64,000 nt of DNA from Mobula birostris (lineage: Eukaryota): assembly GCF_030028105.1 (NCBI RefSeq), contig NC_092376.1:30056935-30120934 (forward strand), written 5' to 3'. Made by a program: the position numbers and the translations under genes. Below the pieces are notes generated by a model. The model ran no database searches. It saw only the letters and a program-made list of their open reading frames with translations, and had not been told where the DNA came from. Positions 36,386 to 49,144 of the stretch are shown here, piece after piece; within the stretch, counting starts at the first letter, position 1; every line of letters starts with the position of its first letter.

Positions 36386-39300
36386 TCAGAATCAGAATCA
36401 GGTTTAATATCACCAGTCTATGTCGTGAAATTTGTTGTCTTTGTGGCAGCAGTACAATGTAATACATAATAATAGAAAAAAATGTGAATTATTGTTATGT
36501 AGTATATATTTTTAAATAGTTAAATTAAATACATAGTGCAAAAGTTGAAATAAAGTATGATGTAGGTAGTGTTCATGGGTTCAATGTTCATTCAGAAATC
36601 GGATGGCAGAGGGGAAGAAATTGTTCCTGAATCGCTGAGAGTGTGCCTTCAGGCTTCTGTACCTCCTTCCTGATGGTAGCAGTGAGAACAAGGCATGACC
36701 TGGGTGATGGGGGTCCTTAATGAGGAATGCTGCCTTTTTGAGGCACCTGTCACATCCACGGATTCAGCAGCGCAGTAGAAACAGCAATTGCGCTTGTGAA
36801 TATGCACATGTCAGCTAATCATTATTTTATCATGCTAGTACTTAACTCCACACTTGGAGTTGTAGTGCTTGTCGAGACTTGGACACAGCACAACACTTTG
36901 CTGCCTGTTTGCATTCAGCCTTGCCTGAGAAACTGGACTGTCGAATCAACTAACTCTGAAGTCTAGCGGTATTCGTTTAATGTTTAGTTGTTCTTTTCAG
37001 CCACAGTGTAGGCTCCATCTTTCCATGAGAGTTTTAGTTAGCAGCCCTGTTTGGCCCAGAGTTTATTATCTTCTTTCCCCTTTAACACTGTAAATATTAA
37101 AGTCTGTAAACTATCGACCCACTTCAGTGTCTCTCACTCCGCACTTGGGCCATATCTGAACATGCTGACAGCAAGTCTCGATCGACACAAAGATGGACCC
37201 AGCAGAGAGAGAGCAGCTGACCTTGGCTGTCAGATTCACTGGTCAGGTAGGAGACAATCTACAGGCAATGGAATCTGTTCTCAGTGAAGTTACAGAGGCA
37301 ATGACACAGATAATCTCATACCAACAAGCCCAGTCTCACTTGGAGCAACAGGTATCGTCCCTAGCCGCGACTGTTCATCAGCTCACCGCAGACAATCGGA
37401 CTCAAGTGTCCGGACCACAGCTGAGTCCCTCATTCGGAACGGAGTATTCCACCTCCAGGCAGATATTCTGGTGATGCCAGTGGATGCATAATTTTATTAT
37501 CCAATGTGAGCTAACATTCCAAGCCCAGCCTGGTCGTTTTGGTGATGATGTGCGAAAGCTGGTGTACATGGTCAATCTTCTTGATGGACCTCCATCAGCC
37601 TGTTCAATGCTTTACGGGAGCAAGGATACCCCGCAGCCCAGTTGTTCTGACATTTCGTGATGGAGTTAAGGAGGGTTTTTGTTCTTCCAGTACGGGGTCA
37701 GGAGGCTGCCCACCAACTCTTGGAGCTGCACCAAGGCAGAGGAACGGTGAGAGCCTATGCAGTTAGATTCCGTACCACTGCAGTAGAGATGGGTTGGAAT
37801 GAGAAATCTCTCATCACTGCCTTCCAGCGTGGACTGAACACAGGGGTCCTGCATGAGATCGCTGTCCAGGACGAGGAGGATTGTCTGGATGACCTGATTA
37901 ATCTGGCTATCCAAGTTGACGACTAGGTGACTGAGTGGCGCAGGGAAAGAAAGTTTCAATCTTCCTACGCCACCTGATCTCCATCTTTCCTCACCTTCTC
38001 TCCCTCCCGCACCACCCAGCACCCAGACCATGGACACAGAGAAGCCTATGTAAGTGGGGCGCATGCGCCTGTCTCAGAAGGAAAAAGAGCAGCGTTGGAG
38101 GACAGGTTCCTGCCTCTACTGTGGTGATCCAGGCCACTTCGGGGCGGCACGTTCCAGGCGTCCAGTAAAAGAGAATACCCAACAGCAGGGAGGGGAATCC
38201 TGATGGGTCGGTTCTCTCTTCAGTCAGCTTCCCCTGATTCTGTAATGCTCATAGCTTCCTTGTCACGGAGGTCTCAGACCCATGAACTTAAGGTGTTTAT
38301 TGACTCTGGTGCAGTTGGGAATCTTATGGACATCTCTCTCACTCAAAGATGGGGAGTTCCAACTCAGGAATTAAGAGAAAAGATCAATATCAAGGTGCTG
38401 GACGGTCAACTTCTGGAAACCGGCCAGATTCACCTTTCCACCCAACCCCTCCAACTGGTGCTTGAAGGCGACCACCATGAAGAAATATCTTTCTGTCTGT
38501 TTAATCCACCTGAACTGCCTCTGGTACTTGGTCTACCCTGGTTATTCCGACATAACCCATGGATCAATTGGTCTCTGAAGGTACTCCAAGAGTGGGGACC
38601 GGCATGCTCGTCTACCTGTCTGGGTCCAGCTCAAGCTCCATCCCATGAATCCCCCTCCTGTGTCAGTTAAGGATGTGGACCTGTCTGGGATTCCAGCTGA
38701 ATATACGGATCTCCTTGACGTTTTCAGTAAAAGGAACTGTGGCCATGAAGGAAGACATCAAGGAGGCATTAAGCATGGGGTTTATCCGTCCGTCAACCTC
38801 ACTGGCAGGAGCAGGCTTCTTTTTTGTGAGCAAGAAAGATGGCAAGCTCCATCCTTGCATCGATTATCCGCCCCTGGACAACACACTGTGAAGAGCCGCT
38901 ACCCTCTTCTCTTGCTGGCGTCTCTGTTTGAACATCTCCAGGGAGCAACCATATTTTCCAAAATTGATCTGCTCAATGCTTACAATCTGATTCGCATAAG
39001 AAAAGGGGATGAGTGGCCATTATGACTGGTGATGCCTTTTGGTCTGGCCAAGGCCCTCGCTGTATTCCAGGCCTTGGTTAACGAGGTACTCAGGGACACA
39101 TTGAACCAGTTTGTGTTTGCGTATTTAGGTGACATCCTTATCTATTTTTGGGCTTACTTACTTATCCCATCCGGTGTTCAAATGGACCCTAGTAAAGTTC
39201 AGGCAGCTGTAGAGTAGCCCAAACCGTCTACAGTCAAACAGGTGTGGCGTTTCATGGGGATGGCGAACTTTTATCGCCGCTTCATCTGGAATTTCGGCTC

Positions 39301-41170
39301 TACCGCGGCTCCAGTTAGTGCACTCACCTCAGCAGGATTCCATTGGACGGACAATGCCAACCAAGCATTTTCAGAGCTAAAGCGACGTTTCACCACTGCC
39401 CTGCTGCTGCAACACCCAGAACCATCTCAGCCATTCATCGTCGAGGCGGATGCATCCGATGTAGGCGTTGGAGCTGTCCTCTCTCAGCGCTCATCGGCAG
39501 TTAGCCGGCTGCACCCTTGTGTCTTTCTTTATCGTCGCTTGACTCCGGCTGAGAGGAATTATGATGTTGGGAACCGGGAGCTTCTAGCTGTCACGGACTC
39601 TAGCACTCATGGTTCAACATGTGTTCAGGCTCCATGGTTTTCCTCAAGACACAGTGTCTGATTGTGGACCACAGTTCACTTCCCGCTTTTGGAAGGCTTT
39701 CTGCTGCTCTGTAGGAGCCACTGCCAGCATCTCATCCAGGTTCCACCCCCAATCTAATGGCCAGACTGACAGAGTGGACTAGGAATTGGAGACAACCATG
39801 TGCTGTCTTGCCTCTTCCAACCCCATATCCTGGAGCTCCCAACTGGTTTGGGCAGAGATCTTCCACAATAACCTCCAGCCGTCCTCCACTGGTATGTCTC
39901 CCTTTAAACGCCAGAAGGGATTCCAGACCCCACCCTTCCCTGATCAGGAAATTGACGTAGGAGTTTCTGCTGCTGAACAGCTGATCCAGCGCTACAAGTG
40001 TACCTGGAGACGAGCCAGGGCTTCTCTGCTGCGTGCCCAGAAACAGCATTCCCGGCAGGCTGATCAGCTCCATCGACAGGTAAGGCCATTCAAACCAGGA
40101 GAGGAGGCCTGGTTGGCGTCAAAGGATCTTCCCCTGAAAGTCAAAAGCTGGAAATTGGCACTGCGCTACGTGGGACTGTTTGTAGTGGAAAAGTTTGTCA
40201 ACAAGGTGTCCTATAGATTGCGTCTACCAGTATCACTGAAGATCCACCTAGTATTCCATGTTTCCCAGCTCAAGCCTGTTACTACCTCTGCATGGGCCTC
40301 ACTCATCCCACCTCCCCCTCCTCCCTGCCTGGTAGATGGTTCCCTTGTCTATACTGTGCGGTGCCTCCTGGCATCTCGCCGGGTACATGGTAAGGCTCAG
40401 TACCTTGTGAACTGGGAAGGGTATGGTCCAGAAGAACATACTTGGATCCCGGAGAAGAACATGTTGGACAGGTTGCTGATCCGGGACTTCCAGCAGACAC
40501 AGGTCTGTGGCGCCCCAGGGGCTGCGCCTAGAGGGTGGGGGGGGCCTGTCACATCCACGGATCGGCAGCGCAGTAGGAACGGCAATTACTCTTGTGAATA
40601 TGCATGTGTCAGCTAATTATTATTTCATTGTGATAGTATTTAACTCCATACTTGTCATCATAGTGCTTGTCGAGACTTGGAAACGGCACAGCAATGCTTT
40701 GCTGCCAGTTTGCATTCGGTCTTGCCTGAGAAATTGGATTGTCAAGGTAATTGACTCTGAAGACTAGCGGTATTCGTTTTATATTTTAGTTGTTCTTTTC
40801 AGCTGCAGTGTAAGCTTCATTTTTCCATTTGAGAGTTTTAGTTAGCGGCCCTGTTTGGCCTAGTGTTTATTGTTTTCTTTCCCCTTTAACACGGTTGGCA
40901 TTAAAGTCTGTGAACTATCGACCCACTTCAGTGTTTCTCACTCCGCACTTGGGCCATATCTGAACCGGGTGACAGCATCTCTTCGTGAAGATGCCCTGGA
41001 TACTACGGAGTCTAGTGCTCATGATGAAGCTGACTAAGTTACAACTCTCTGCAGCTTTTTTCAATCCTGTGCAGCAGCAACCCCTCCCCACCCCCATACC
41101 AGCCAGTTAGAAAGCTCCCCGCGGTACATCTGTAGATATTTGCAAGTGCCTTTGGTAACGTACCAAATTT
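36386..41170 (-). mobile_element. Rex1/Babar LINE 3' fragment split by the LTR element (36386-36747 and 40980-41170)
   Basis: Both flanks align collinearly with the LINE at 16483-17100. Confidence 0.8.
36748..40974 (+). mobile_element. Ty3/Gypsy chromovirus LTR retrotransposon (Tf1/sushi-like), degenerate and internally deleted
   Basis: LTRs 36748-37170 and 40547-40974 (TGTCA...TGACA); TSD gcacc/gcatc; PPT 40530-40544; gag from 37193 (MDPA), protease FIDSGA, RT SKIDL..AY / MPFGL / YLGD, RNase [17 protein letters not shown], partial integrase, chromodomain YLVNWEGYGPEEHTW. Confidence 0.95.
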
Positions 41171-41312
41171 TAACATACAACAGCCCAGCAACCATGATGC
41201 CAATTTAACCTGCTCATGGTCTGTATCCCTCCATCTGTTTGCTAATGCATCTGTCTAAATGCCTCTTTAACAATTAATGCTATAACTGTCAGAAAATAAA
41301 ATGATTCCTTAC

Positions 41313-41457
41313 TCATGCTGGGAATTCGAGGGGTGCCAAAATACAGAGAGACCTTGGCACTTTTTAGACGTACTTGGCTCCAATATGCTACAGCTTGCAG
41401 GTCCACCATATAACTGTTGTTAGGCTGGAGACCCTCCAGGACCACATGGTTCTGATT
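41313..41457 (-). CDS. ANOS1: Anosmin-1 exon (exon 8 equivalent)
   Basis: [48 protein letters not shown]; ttatag| and |gtaagg; 145 bp, phase 0->1. Confidence 0.96.
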
Positions 41458-41796
41458 CTATAAGGAACAGGAAACACCATTGACATGTGTACAATATCTG
41501 GTCCTATCACAAACTCCAAAATCTATTTCCAGCTCAGAATTCATGCAGCAAATTCAATTACGGCATTCAAAAAAAATGTCTGCTCTTGACTCAATAAATC
41601 CATTCTTCATCTGCAAACTAAAATAAAAATCAAACCTTCAATCTCCAAGCAAAACGTAACAGTGATGAGTGAAAGAGTTATAATTTATTGCATTCCCAAC
41701 TAGTTAGCACAGTGAAGTGACATGCCCATTTGCAACAGAGCTTATATGAATAAAGGACAAATAAGATAATCCAGTTTTAGATGGACTTACAACAAA

Positions 41797-42078
41797 TATT
41801 TTATTTTATTTAGAGTTATAGCTCAGAACAATCCCTTCCAGCCCAATGTGCTACACAGCCCAGCAACCCATTGATTTAACATCAGTCAAAGGACAATTTA
41901 CAATGACCGATTAATCTACTAACCGGAACACCTTTGGATTGTGGGAGGAAACCAGAGCACCTGGAGGAAACCCACCCAATCATGGGGAGAACGTACAAAC
42001 TTCTTACAGAAGGTGCCAGAATTAAACTTTGAACTCTTGTCATGCCGAGCAGTCGTAGCATTGCACTGACCACTACGA
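41797..42078 (-). mobile_element. V-SINE in the intron between exons 7 and 8
   Basis: tgtgggaggaaaccagagcacctggaggaaaccc...ggggagaacgtacaaac. Confidence 0.8.
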
Positions 42079-42161
42079 GGTTTGTTACATTAAGGATTTC
42101 ACTGCATAGGGACTGACTTGCCAGGCAAGGTATTTGTAACATAAAATATTCAACCACTCAC

Positions 42162-42367
42162 TCCATTTATGGTTTTCCTTCTTTTCTTTTTGGCTGGCAC
42201 CATTGACTTTGTGTTGACTGTCCAGCTCCAAAAAATCTTGTAATGGTGAACAGGAATGTCCGGTTCTTCCAGCAAGTCCCACAGGATCCTTGTGGTAATG
42301 GTGCCATCGCTGTTGGCAGTAAAGTTGCTGACTCTCACATTCGATGGTGCAGGTGGAGCTGAAGGAT
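42162..42367 (-). CDS. ANOS1: Anosmin-1 exon (exon 7 equivalent)
   Basis: [69 protein letters not shown]; tttcag| and |gtgagt; 206 bp, phase 1->0. Confidence 0.97.
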
Positions 42368-44329
42368 CTGAAACCAGGCAGACAGTGCATCAATGAGAGC
42401 TAATTATTCAGTGCTTAATTGTCAACCTCTAGACGTCAAAAATTGAACAGAAGCTTGACTTCAAAAAAAATTCATGCTGGCTTCATTTTAACATGTGCTG
42501 TACCTCGGTAATCTCCTATAAATGTCCATTAATTCCCAAAGTACATACAGAGATCAAAATGTAATTGCAGGCTTACTTATCTTACTGAGGGCAATTAATA
42601 CCTTTCCCTATTGCAGTTAACCATCCTATCAGCAAATATATGAGCTTAATGTGGTGATGTTTGTAATGAGCAAGGTACAACAGAGTTGGTAGACACTGTT
42701 TTACAGAGCTTACACCAGGATTTTCAATATTTCCTTCTAGCATCTGATCTCAAAATTAAAATCCCCTTTTTCTATCTTACTTATTGTCCAAAAAGCAGGA
42801 ACTACTAATTGTCAGATCTGTTTCTGTCCTATCTCAGGCTGAGGGAATGGAACATTTTCTCTTGATCAACTTTAACCACTCCAGAGAGCTCAGCTGAGGA
42901 GTAAATTGTCATACTACAGCAAACGCAACATCACACTGACCATCCAGTGGCTTCTCCAATCAATTACCAGAGATTTGATGTTCTGCACCCATTAGTCAGT
43001 TGAGTGAGACTTGTTGTGCTATAATGAGGGCAGAATCCGTGGGACATGATCCCTTCGTTGACCATCCCAGGATCTGTGAGGTTCACCTTCAGTATGTCAC
43101 ACTTCAAAGGCTTCTTTGGCAACATCTCCAATGTCCACTGCCTTAATGCTAAATAAATATTCATCTACCCCAAAATGACCTGACTTGATCCTACTTCTGC
43201 TTACCACTTACTACACACCTCTCCAAGCCCCCAACATCTCCTCCAAAACATGAGACCCATTCCCCACAATCTCAATAGCAAGAAGGTGGATCAGCAAAGT
43301 TACTAGCTGTATTGGTGGTCTTGATCCCAGATATTTTTGCCAAATATAGACCATTTGGCACATTAGCTGGTTTGGAGAGTGGAAATGTAGGGACTTCTTC
43401 TGGATCTTTGAAACTCTCTGTTATGGGAGTTTCTTCCTCTGTTGTGCTTCTCTTCACCAAATTCCACTCCCATCCCCAGACCTCTCCTGTCAGAACAAAG
43501 TAGTCACACTACTAGAAATCACACAGCCATGTCTCCCCCATTTTCCTTCTGGAATTACTATATGGTAGTTCTACTAGCTGAATTCCTGTAAACGTTCAAA
43601 GCTTATTGCAGACATGGGAGATCTTCCAAGCCATCCAGGTGCACAAATCTCAGGAGTCATGTAATTCATTCAGTTCAGAGAAAAATAAGATGATTAACTT
43701 AATCTTACCATGAATTTAAACTCAAACATTTGAATGCATGAATGTATTAAAGTAAGCCTCCTTATTTTATGGATTACCATTAAAGGGATCAACCCGTTAG
43801 TTTATGCTATCCTTAACTTTGAAAGTATTCCTGATTGCATCACTGATTCAAGCTTAGATTCACTTTCAGAATACTGAGGCAGTCAAGATTTCTGCTTTCT
43901 TAGGGTATGCCACCTTCCTGTGAGATAGTCACTCTCAACTACAATTCCGAAGTACTGTTGTTTCTGCATCTTGTTTGGAAACATATCTTCTGTTTTACAA
44001 AGGTTTAGTGCTGATCAAAAGCACTTTTGCAGGTAAAGTCTGATTTAATTAGGATCTACTTTATCTATATACATTGTTGAATATACAGTTCTAGAACTTC
44101 AGGGAACGAAAGTTTTGATGAACATCTGAGTTGGATATTTTAAAACAAAAAATAATCCATATTCATTTATGATCATCTTGAATTATGTATCATAATTGAT
44201 AGGCTTTCCCATTTTAAAGACTTCCAGATATAATGGTAAAGTAATTTTGACAACATAAAGCTTTTCAGCGGTGGAAAAAAGAAATATTTAATTTATCCTC
44301 TTTCACTCAAAATCCTTGTGCACTCAAAA

Positions 44330-45135
44330 TGGCCATGGTAGAATAGTGGATAGTGTGATGCTATTACAGCTCGGGGTGTTGGAGTTCAGAGTTCAATACC
44401 GGTATCCTCTGTGAGGAATCTCTGTACGTCCTTCCCGTGGAATGCATGCTTTTTCCACAGATGCTCTAGTTTCCCCCAACTGTCCAGACATACTGGGTAG
44501 GTGAATTGGTCATTGTAAATTGATTAGGTTAGGGTTAAAATCTACTTCATCTATATACATACTTTGAGGGTTCAAAGGAGGTTCATGAAAATGAGTCCTG
44601 GAATAAAAAGCTTATTATATGAGGTGACTCGGGGTGTGTGATTGCTGAGATTCAGAAGACGGAGGGGGGATCTCATTGAAACCTATCAGATGTTGAAAGG
44701 CCTAGAAAAAGTAGATGTGGAGAAGATGGTGGGAGAGTCTAAGACCAAAGACACAGCCTCAGAATAGAGGGATGTCCATTTAGAACGGACATGAGGAGGA
44801 ATTCTTTTAGCCAAGAAGTAGTGAATCTGTGAAATTTCTTCCCACAGGCAGAATGTGGAGGCCAAGTCATTAGGTATATTTAAGGAAGAGTTTGGTAGAC
44901 TCTTGATTAGTCAGAGCATGTACGGACACGGGAAGGAGGTAGGAGATTGGGGCTGAGAGGGAAATCGATCAGCCATGATGAAATGGCGGAGCCAACTCGA
45001 TGGGCCAAATGGCCTAATTCTGTTCCTATATCTTGCGGTCTTATGGGCTAAAGCGGGATTGTCAGGGTTGCTGGGTGGTTCTCATTGGGCCAGAAGGGCC
45101 TAATTTGTGTTGCTACTCTAAATAAATTAATTAAA
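44330..45135 (+). mobile_element. V-SINE interrupted by a CR1 3' fragment (~44560-45045)
   Basis: SINE head and V core 44330-44540, resuming near 45050; the insert has CR1 motifs and a (tcttatgg)-like tail. Confidence 0.75.
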
Positions 45136-45554
45136 TTAAAAAAACAAACCCTGAATCAACTAACATTGACAATAATAGACATATATTGATTGACTAATTG
45201 TAACACAGATGTTTAACGATATTTTCCCTTTGATATAAACTGAAACAATCATATGGAGTCATCTCACCCAGCGCCGCCAAAATATTTGCAGGACTTCAGA
45301 GTCAGACTGGGACAGTGGCTTCTTTTACAAACAACAGTAAGTTTTTTTATAGAAGACAAAACGAAAGGTTTTATAAAATGGAAGTGTCAATGAAAATAAG
45401 ACTTTAAATGTTTTAAGGCTAACATGAATGTGGCCTGCTGCCAGGAGCTACTTTTTTCTGGTAATAAGAGAGTAATAGGCTGAATCCAGGAGACCTCTAC
45501 CTTGACAACCCAATGAAATATGACTGCTCTATTTTACACGCTACCCTTCCCTGG

Positions 45555-45820
45555 CCATTTATTTAATTAGATACACAGCACAGAGGAGGTCCTTCCAGCC
45601 CCTCGAGCCGTGCCGCCCCAGCGACCCCCAATTCAACCCTAGCCTAATTACAGGGCAATTTACAATGACCAATTAGCCTACCAAACTATATGTCTTTGGA
45701 CTGTGGCAGGAAAGCGGGCTTCCGAAGAAAACCCACCCATTCCACGGGGAGGACGTACAGACTCGTTACAGATGGCGTCAGAAATGAACTCAGGACTCCG
45801 ACACTCTGAGCGGTAATAGC
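45555..45820 (-). mobile_element. V-SINE
   Basis: Reverse V core and tttatttaattagatacacagc tail. Confidence 0.75.
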
Positions 45821-46065
45821 GGTAGTTCATAGTTTCCTTTCTATGCACTTCTCAAAGATAGCTTCAATGGGCTACAATGACAGATGCTCTACTTTCTGTA
45901 ATTACAGGGCTGATTTTGAAAATAAGTCTTTTTTTATTGTTTATTTTCTTTGTCACATTAAGCACTGGCATAAACAGAAGACTAGCTAGCTGATAGGAAA
46001 TGCAATGAAGGCATAAATGGGTCTTTTCCTGAATGGTAATTTGTCAATTCGGTCATTTGCATAAA

Positions 46066-46200
46066 CCGGTGGTCCCCAACCTCTGGCCACGGACTGATAC
46101 CGGGCCGTGAAGCATGCTGGGATGCAGCGCACAAGCTAATTATTTAGGTGCCGCCCGGCATGTAGATGTCAGCCCAGATCAGAGGTGATTGCCAATTTCA
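46066..46200 (+). mobile_element. hAT/Charlie-like DNA transposon end
   Basis: ccggtggtccccaacc resembles the CAGTGGTCCCCAACC-type TIR; no partner end seen. Confidence 0.5.
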
Positions 46201-46209
46201 CTTGCTCTA

Positions 46210-46530
46210 TCGGGTCTCGCCAATATATAGAAGGCCACATCGGGAGCACCGGACGCAGTATATCCCCCGTCCCCCTCTTCTTTCTCCCTAGGCCTCCTGT
46301 CCCATGATCCTCTCATATCCCTTTTGCCAATCACCTGTCCAGCTCTTGGCTCCATCCCTCCCCCTCCTGTCTTCTCCTATCATTTTGGATCTCCCCCTCC
46401 CACTTTCAAATCTCTTACTAGCTCTTCCTTCAGTTAGTCCTGACGAAGGGTCTCGGCCTGAAACGTCAACTGTACCTCTTCCTAGAGATGCTGCCTGGCC
46501 TGCTGCATTCACCAGCAACTCTGATGTGTG
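46210..46530 (+). mobile_element. PLE fragment with internal inversion and hammerhead (46436-46471)
   Basis: 46210-46264 matches 27430-27483 (GIY-YIG coding, minus sense); 46265-46530 is the 3' end in plus sense. Confidence 0.85.
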
Positions 46531-48811
46531 ATGTTGGGAAATGTCAAATTGGCAGAAAAAAAAATGATTCAAATCATATTACCCTAAGGGTGAGATATTT
46601 CAGAGCTCTGAAATGGAAAGAGATCAGACTGCCCTTAGTGTTAAGGCAACAAAACTACTTGCACAACTGGAATATATAGATTGGTTTTATATCATGCATG
46701 TACTGTAGAAGCACATCATGTGTGCACTTTGGATATTCTGTGAAAAACCCTGTAATAAATTGCACATACTTCGTTTGAGCTCCTTATGTCTCATATGTAT
46801 TGGTCCAAACGCCTCACAAAAGCCATTGATAAAGTTAACTCTTCATAGAATTGTCCATAGGCTATACTGAAGACAAGGACAGGACAGTGCCCAGCAAAAG
46901 CAAAGCAGAGTCGTTCAAGACACTATGACGACATGGCTATACTGGTAGCATGAACCTGAAAAGTTCATGATTAATCACAACAAGTAGCAGGTACAGATTT
47001 GAAAATGACAAGAAGTAGCTCCTGCAAACGCTAAGATAAGCCTAGCACCTGTTGAAGTAGAAACAGTACAGATAACAGGATTTTTTTTAAGCACAAATAC
47101 TGGAAATAGGAAACAAAAAGAGGAAGTACTGTGCAGGTCAGGCAGCACATGTGGAAGGAGAAGCAGAGTTAATGAATTTGTCAACCTGAAACTCTGGCCA
47201 TGTTCTTTCTTCCCTCAGATGCTGCTTGACCTGCTGACTACCTTCAGCATTTTCTGTTTTAATACCATAATCGATAAACTATCCGAGATCGGATACATAA
47301 GAAATCTTGGAAGTTACATCCAAACACAAGAAGCAATCCAATGTACATCTATGGAAATATTTGCAGCGGAAGTAACATTGTCCAAACTGAGGGTATGGGA
47401 AAAAAGATTGGAATAAGGCCACGTGCATGAAGACAGTCTATTCATTGTACTTAAACAATCTTGGTAAGTATACCTGTGGCCCACTAAATTATCATTGTCT
47501 GATTTAAGGAAGTCATAGAAGACTAAAACCATTTCAACTCAGTGCTGGTAACAGCAGAGAGTTACAAGTTTGAGATACAGTATCAGAAGTCGAGAGGGAA
47601 AATTAGAGATCATACAATTGTTTTGAAGAATTTGCTGAGGTGGAGCAATAACACTGATTTTCAATCATGCTCAGTGAGTTACATTTGTGTGTGGACTAAC
47701 TGATGACCATGTTTTGTCTAAGTTACTAAATACAGTTCATTAACTTATAAATGGGTATACTAATTTCACCAATGGAAGTGATTTCTGAAAATTGGAAATG
47801 ATTTTAACAGGAACTGAAAATGAATGACAATTTGAAATACGGACCAATGGCAGAAGCAATAGTAGAAGTTTCATCGTTAAGTTCTTCTCAGAATGCAGGT
47901 TTGCAAAATATAAAGACAACATGAGTGAATGGTAAATTTTGCAGAGATAAAATGTGATTTCAAAGTGATAAACATTGATAGTCAAGACATTTATATAAAT
48001 ATTGATATTGTTGCTGACTGCACCATTATGGTATGGGTAAGTGTAACCAGATGTTTGGGAAGATGCTATTAGTGAGAAGCATATTAAAGTTGAGAACATG
48101 TCCTGGCAAGAATCTTAGAAAAATTAGGACAAATGGGAAATTATCTTCCATAATGCGAAAAAGGCAAGGCTGCTGATTATAGTGGTTGATTATCTGAATA
48201 GACCAAACTGGCTGGGAGGAGAAATGGGCTGAGAGCAATGTGGTTGAATTGGAAAAGTTTATTTAATATGAATATCATGAAGAAGCTTCTGGAACATTAT
48301 GATGGTATGTTGAAGGATTCATACGTGGGCACGAAAGGGCTCCCAGATCATATTGGCACGAAACCAAATGCCTAACTGAGCTCTCTACACCCTGAACACT
48401 CAGATCAAAGTAAAGTCAAACTGGAGCAACATAGCATTTTGGTAAAAGTGTACCAGAATGATAGGGATAGACCTTTCATAATGGTATGTAAGCTAGTGAC
48501 CCAAGTTCAATTCTAACCTTATGTGCAGTGTACAGGATTTGCACATTCACCCTTTGACAATCTGGGTTTGTTTCTCGTGGCTGCTCTGATTTCTTCCCAA
48601 GTGTAAGGAAGTGCTGATAGATTTACTGGCTATTATAAATGCCCCCTTGTGTAGATCAGTGGCAGGTAATCCAGGAGAAGGGAAGAGACAATAGGTTACA
48701 GGGAAATAAGTAAGTGCTTAGAGGCAGCATCAACGCAATGGATCAAATAGCCTTATATGCGGGAAGAAAATCTATGAACAAAATGTATAACTATACCAGT
48801 GGAGCAACAAC

Positions 48812-49018
48812 CAACAAGAGAAGGTCTGCAGATGCTGGAAATCTAAGCAACGCACACACAAAATGCTGGAGGAACTCAGGAGGCCAGGCACCATTGACAG
48901 AGAAGAGTATAGTCAATGTTTTGGGCCAAGAACCTTCATCAAGACTTTTTTTTCCTCCAGTCCTGATGAAGGGTCTCGGCCTGGAATATCAACTGTACTC
49001 TTTTCAATAGATGTTGCC
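48812..49018. mobile_element. Inverted pair of PLE 3' ends with two decayed hammerheads
   Basis: Minus-sense tail plus hammerhead to ~48946, then plus-sense agtcctgatgaagggtctcggcctggaatatcaact. Confidence 0.75.
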
Positions 49019-49144
49019 GGGGAGATGGGAACCAGAGCACCGGAATAGGTAGTGGAGTGGTTGCAGAGAACGATATTGTTAAGCCTACATACAAGGTCAG
49101 GAATTAAAAAGTTGAGCGTGGCTGGACAAATGTTCTGAGCTGCA

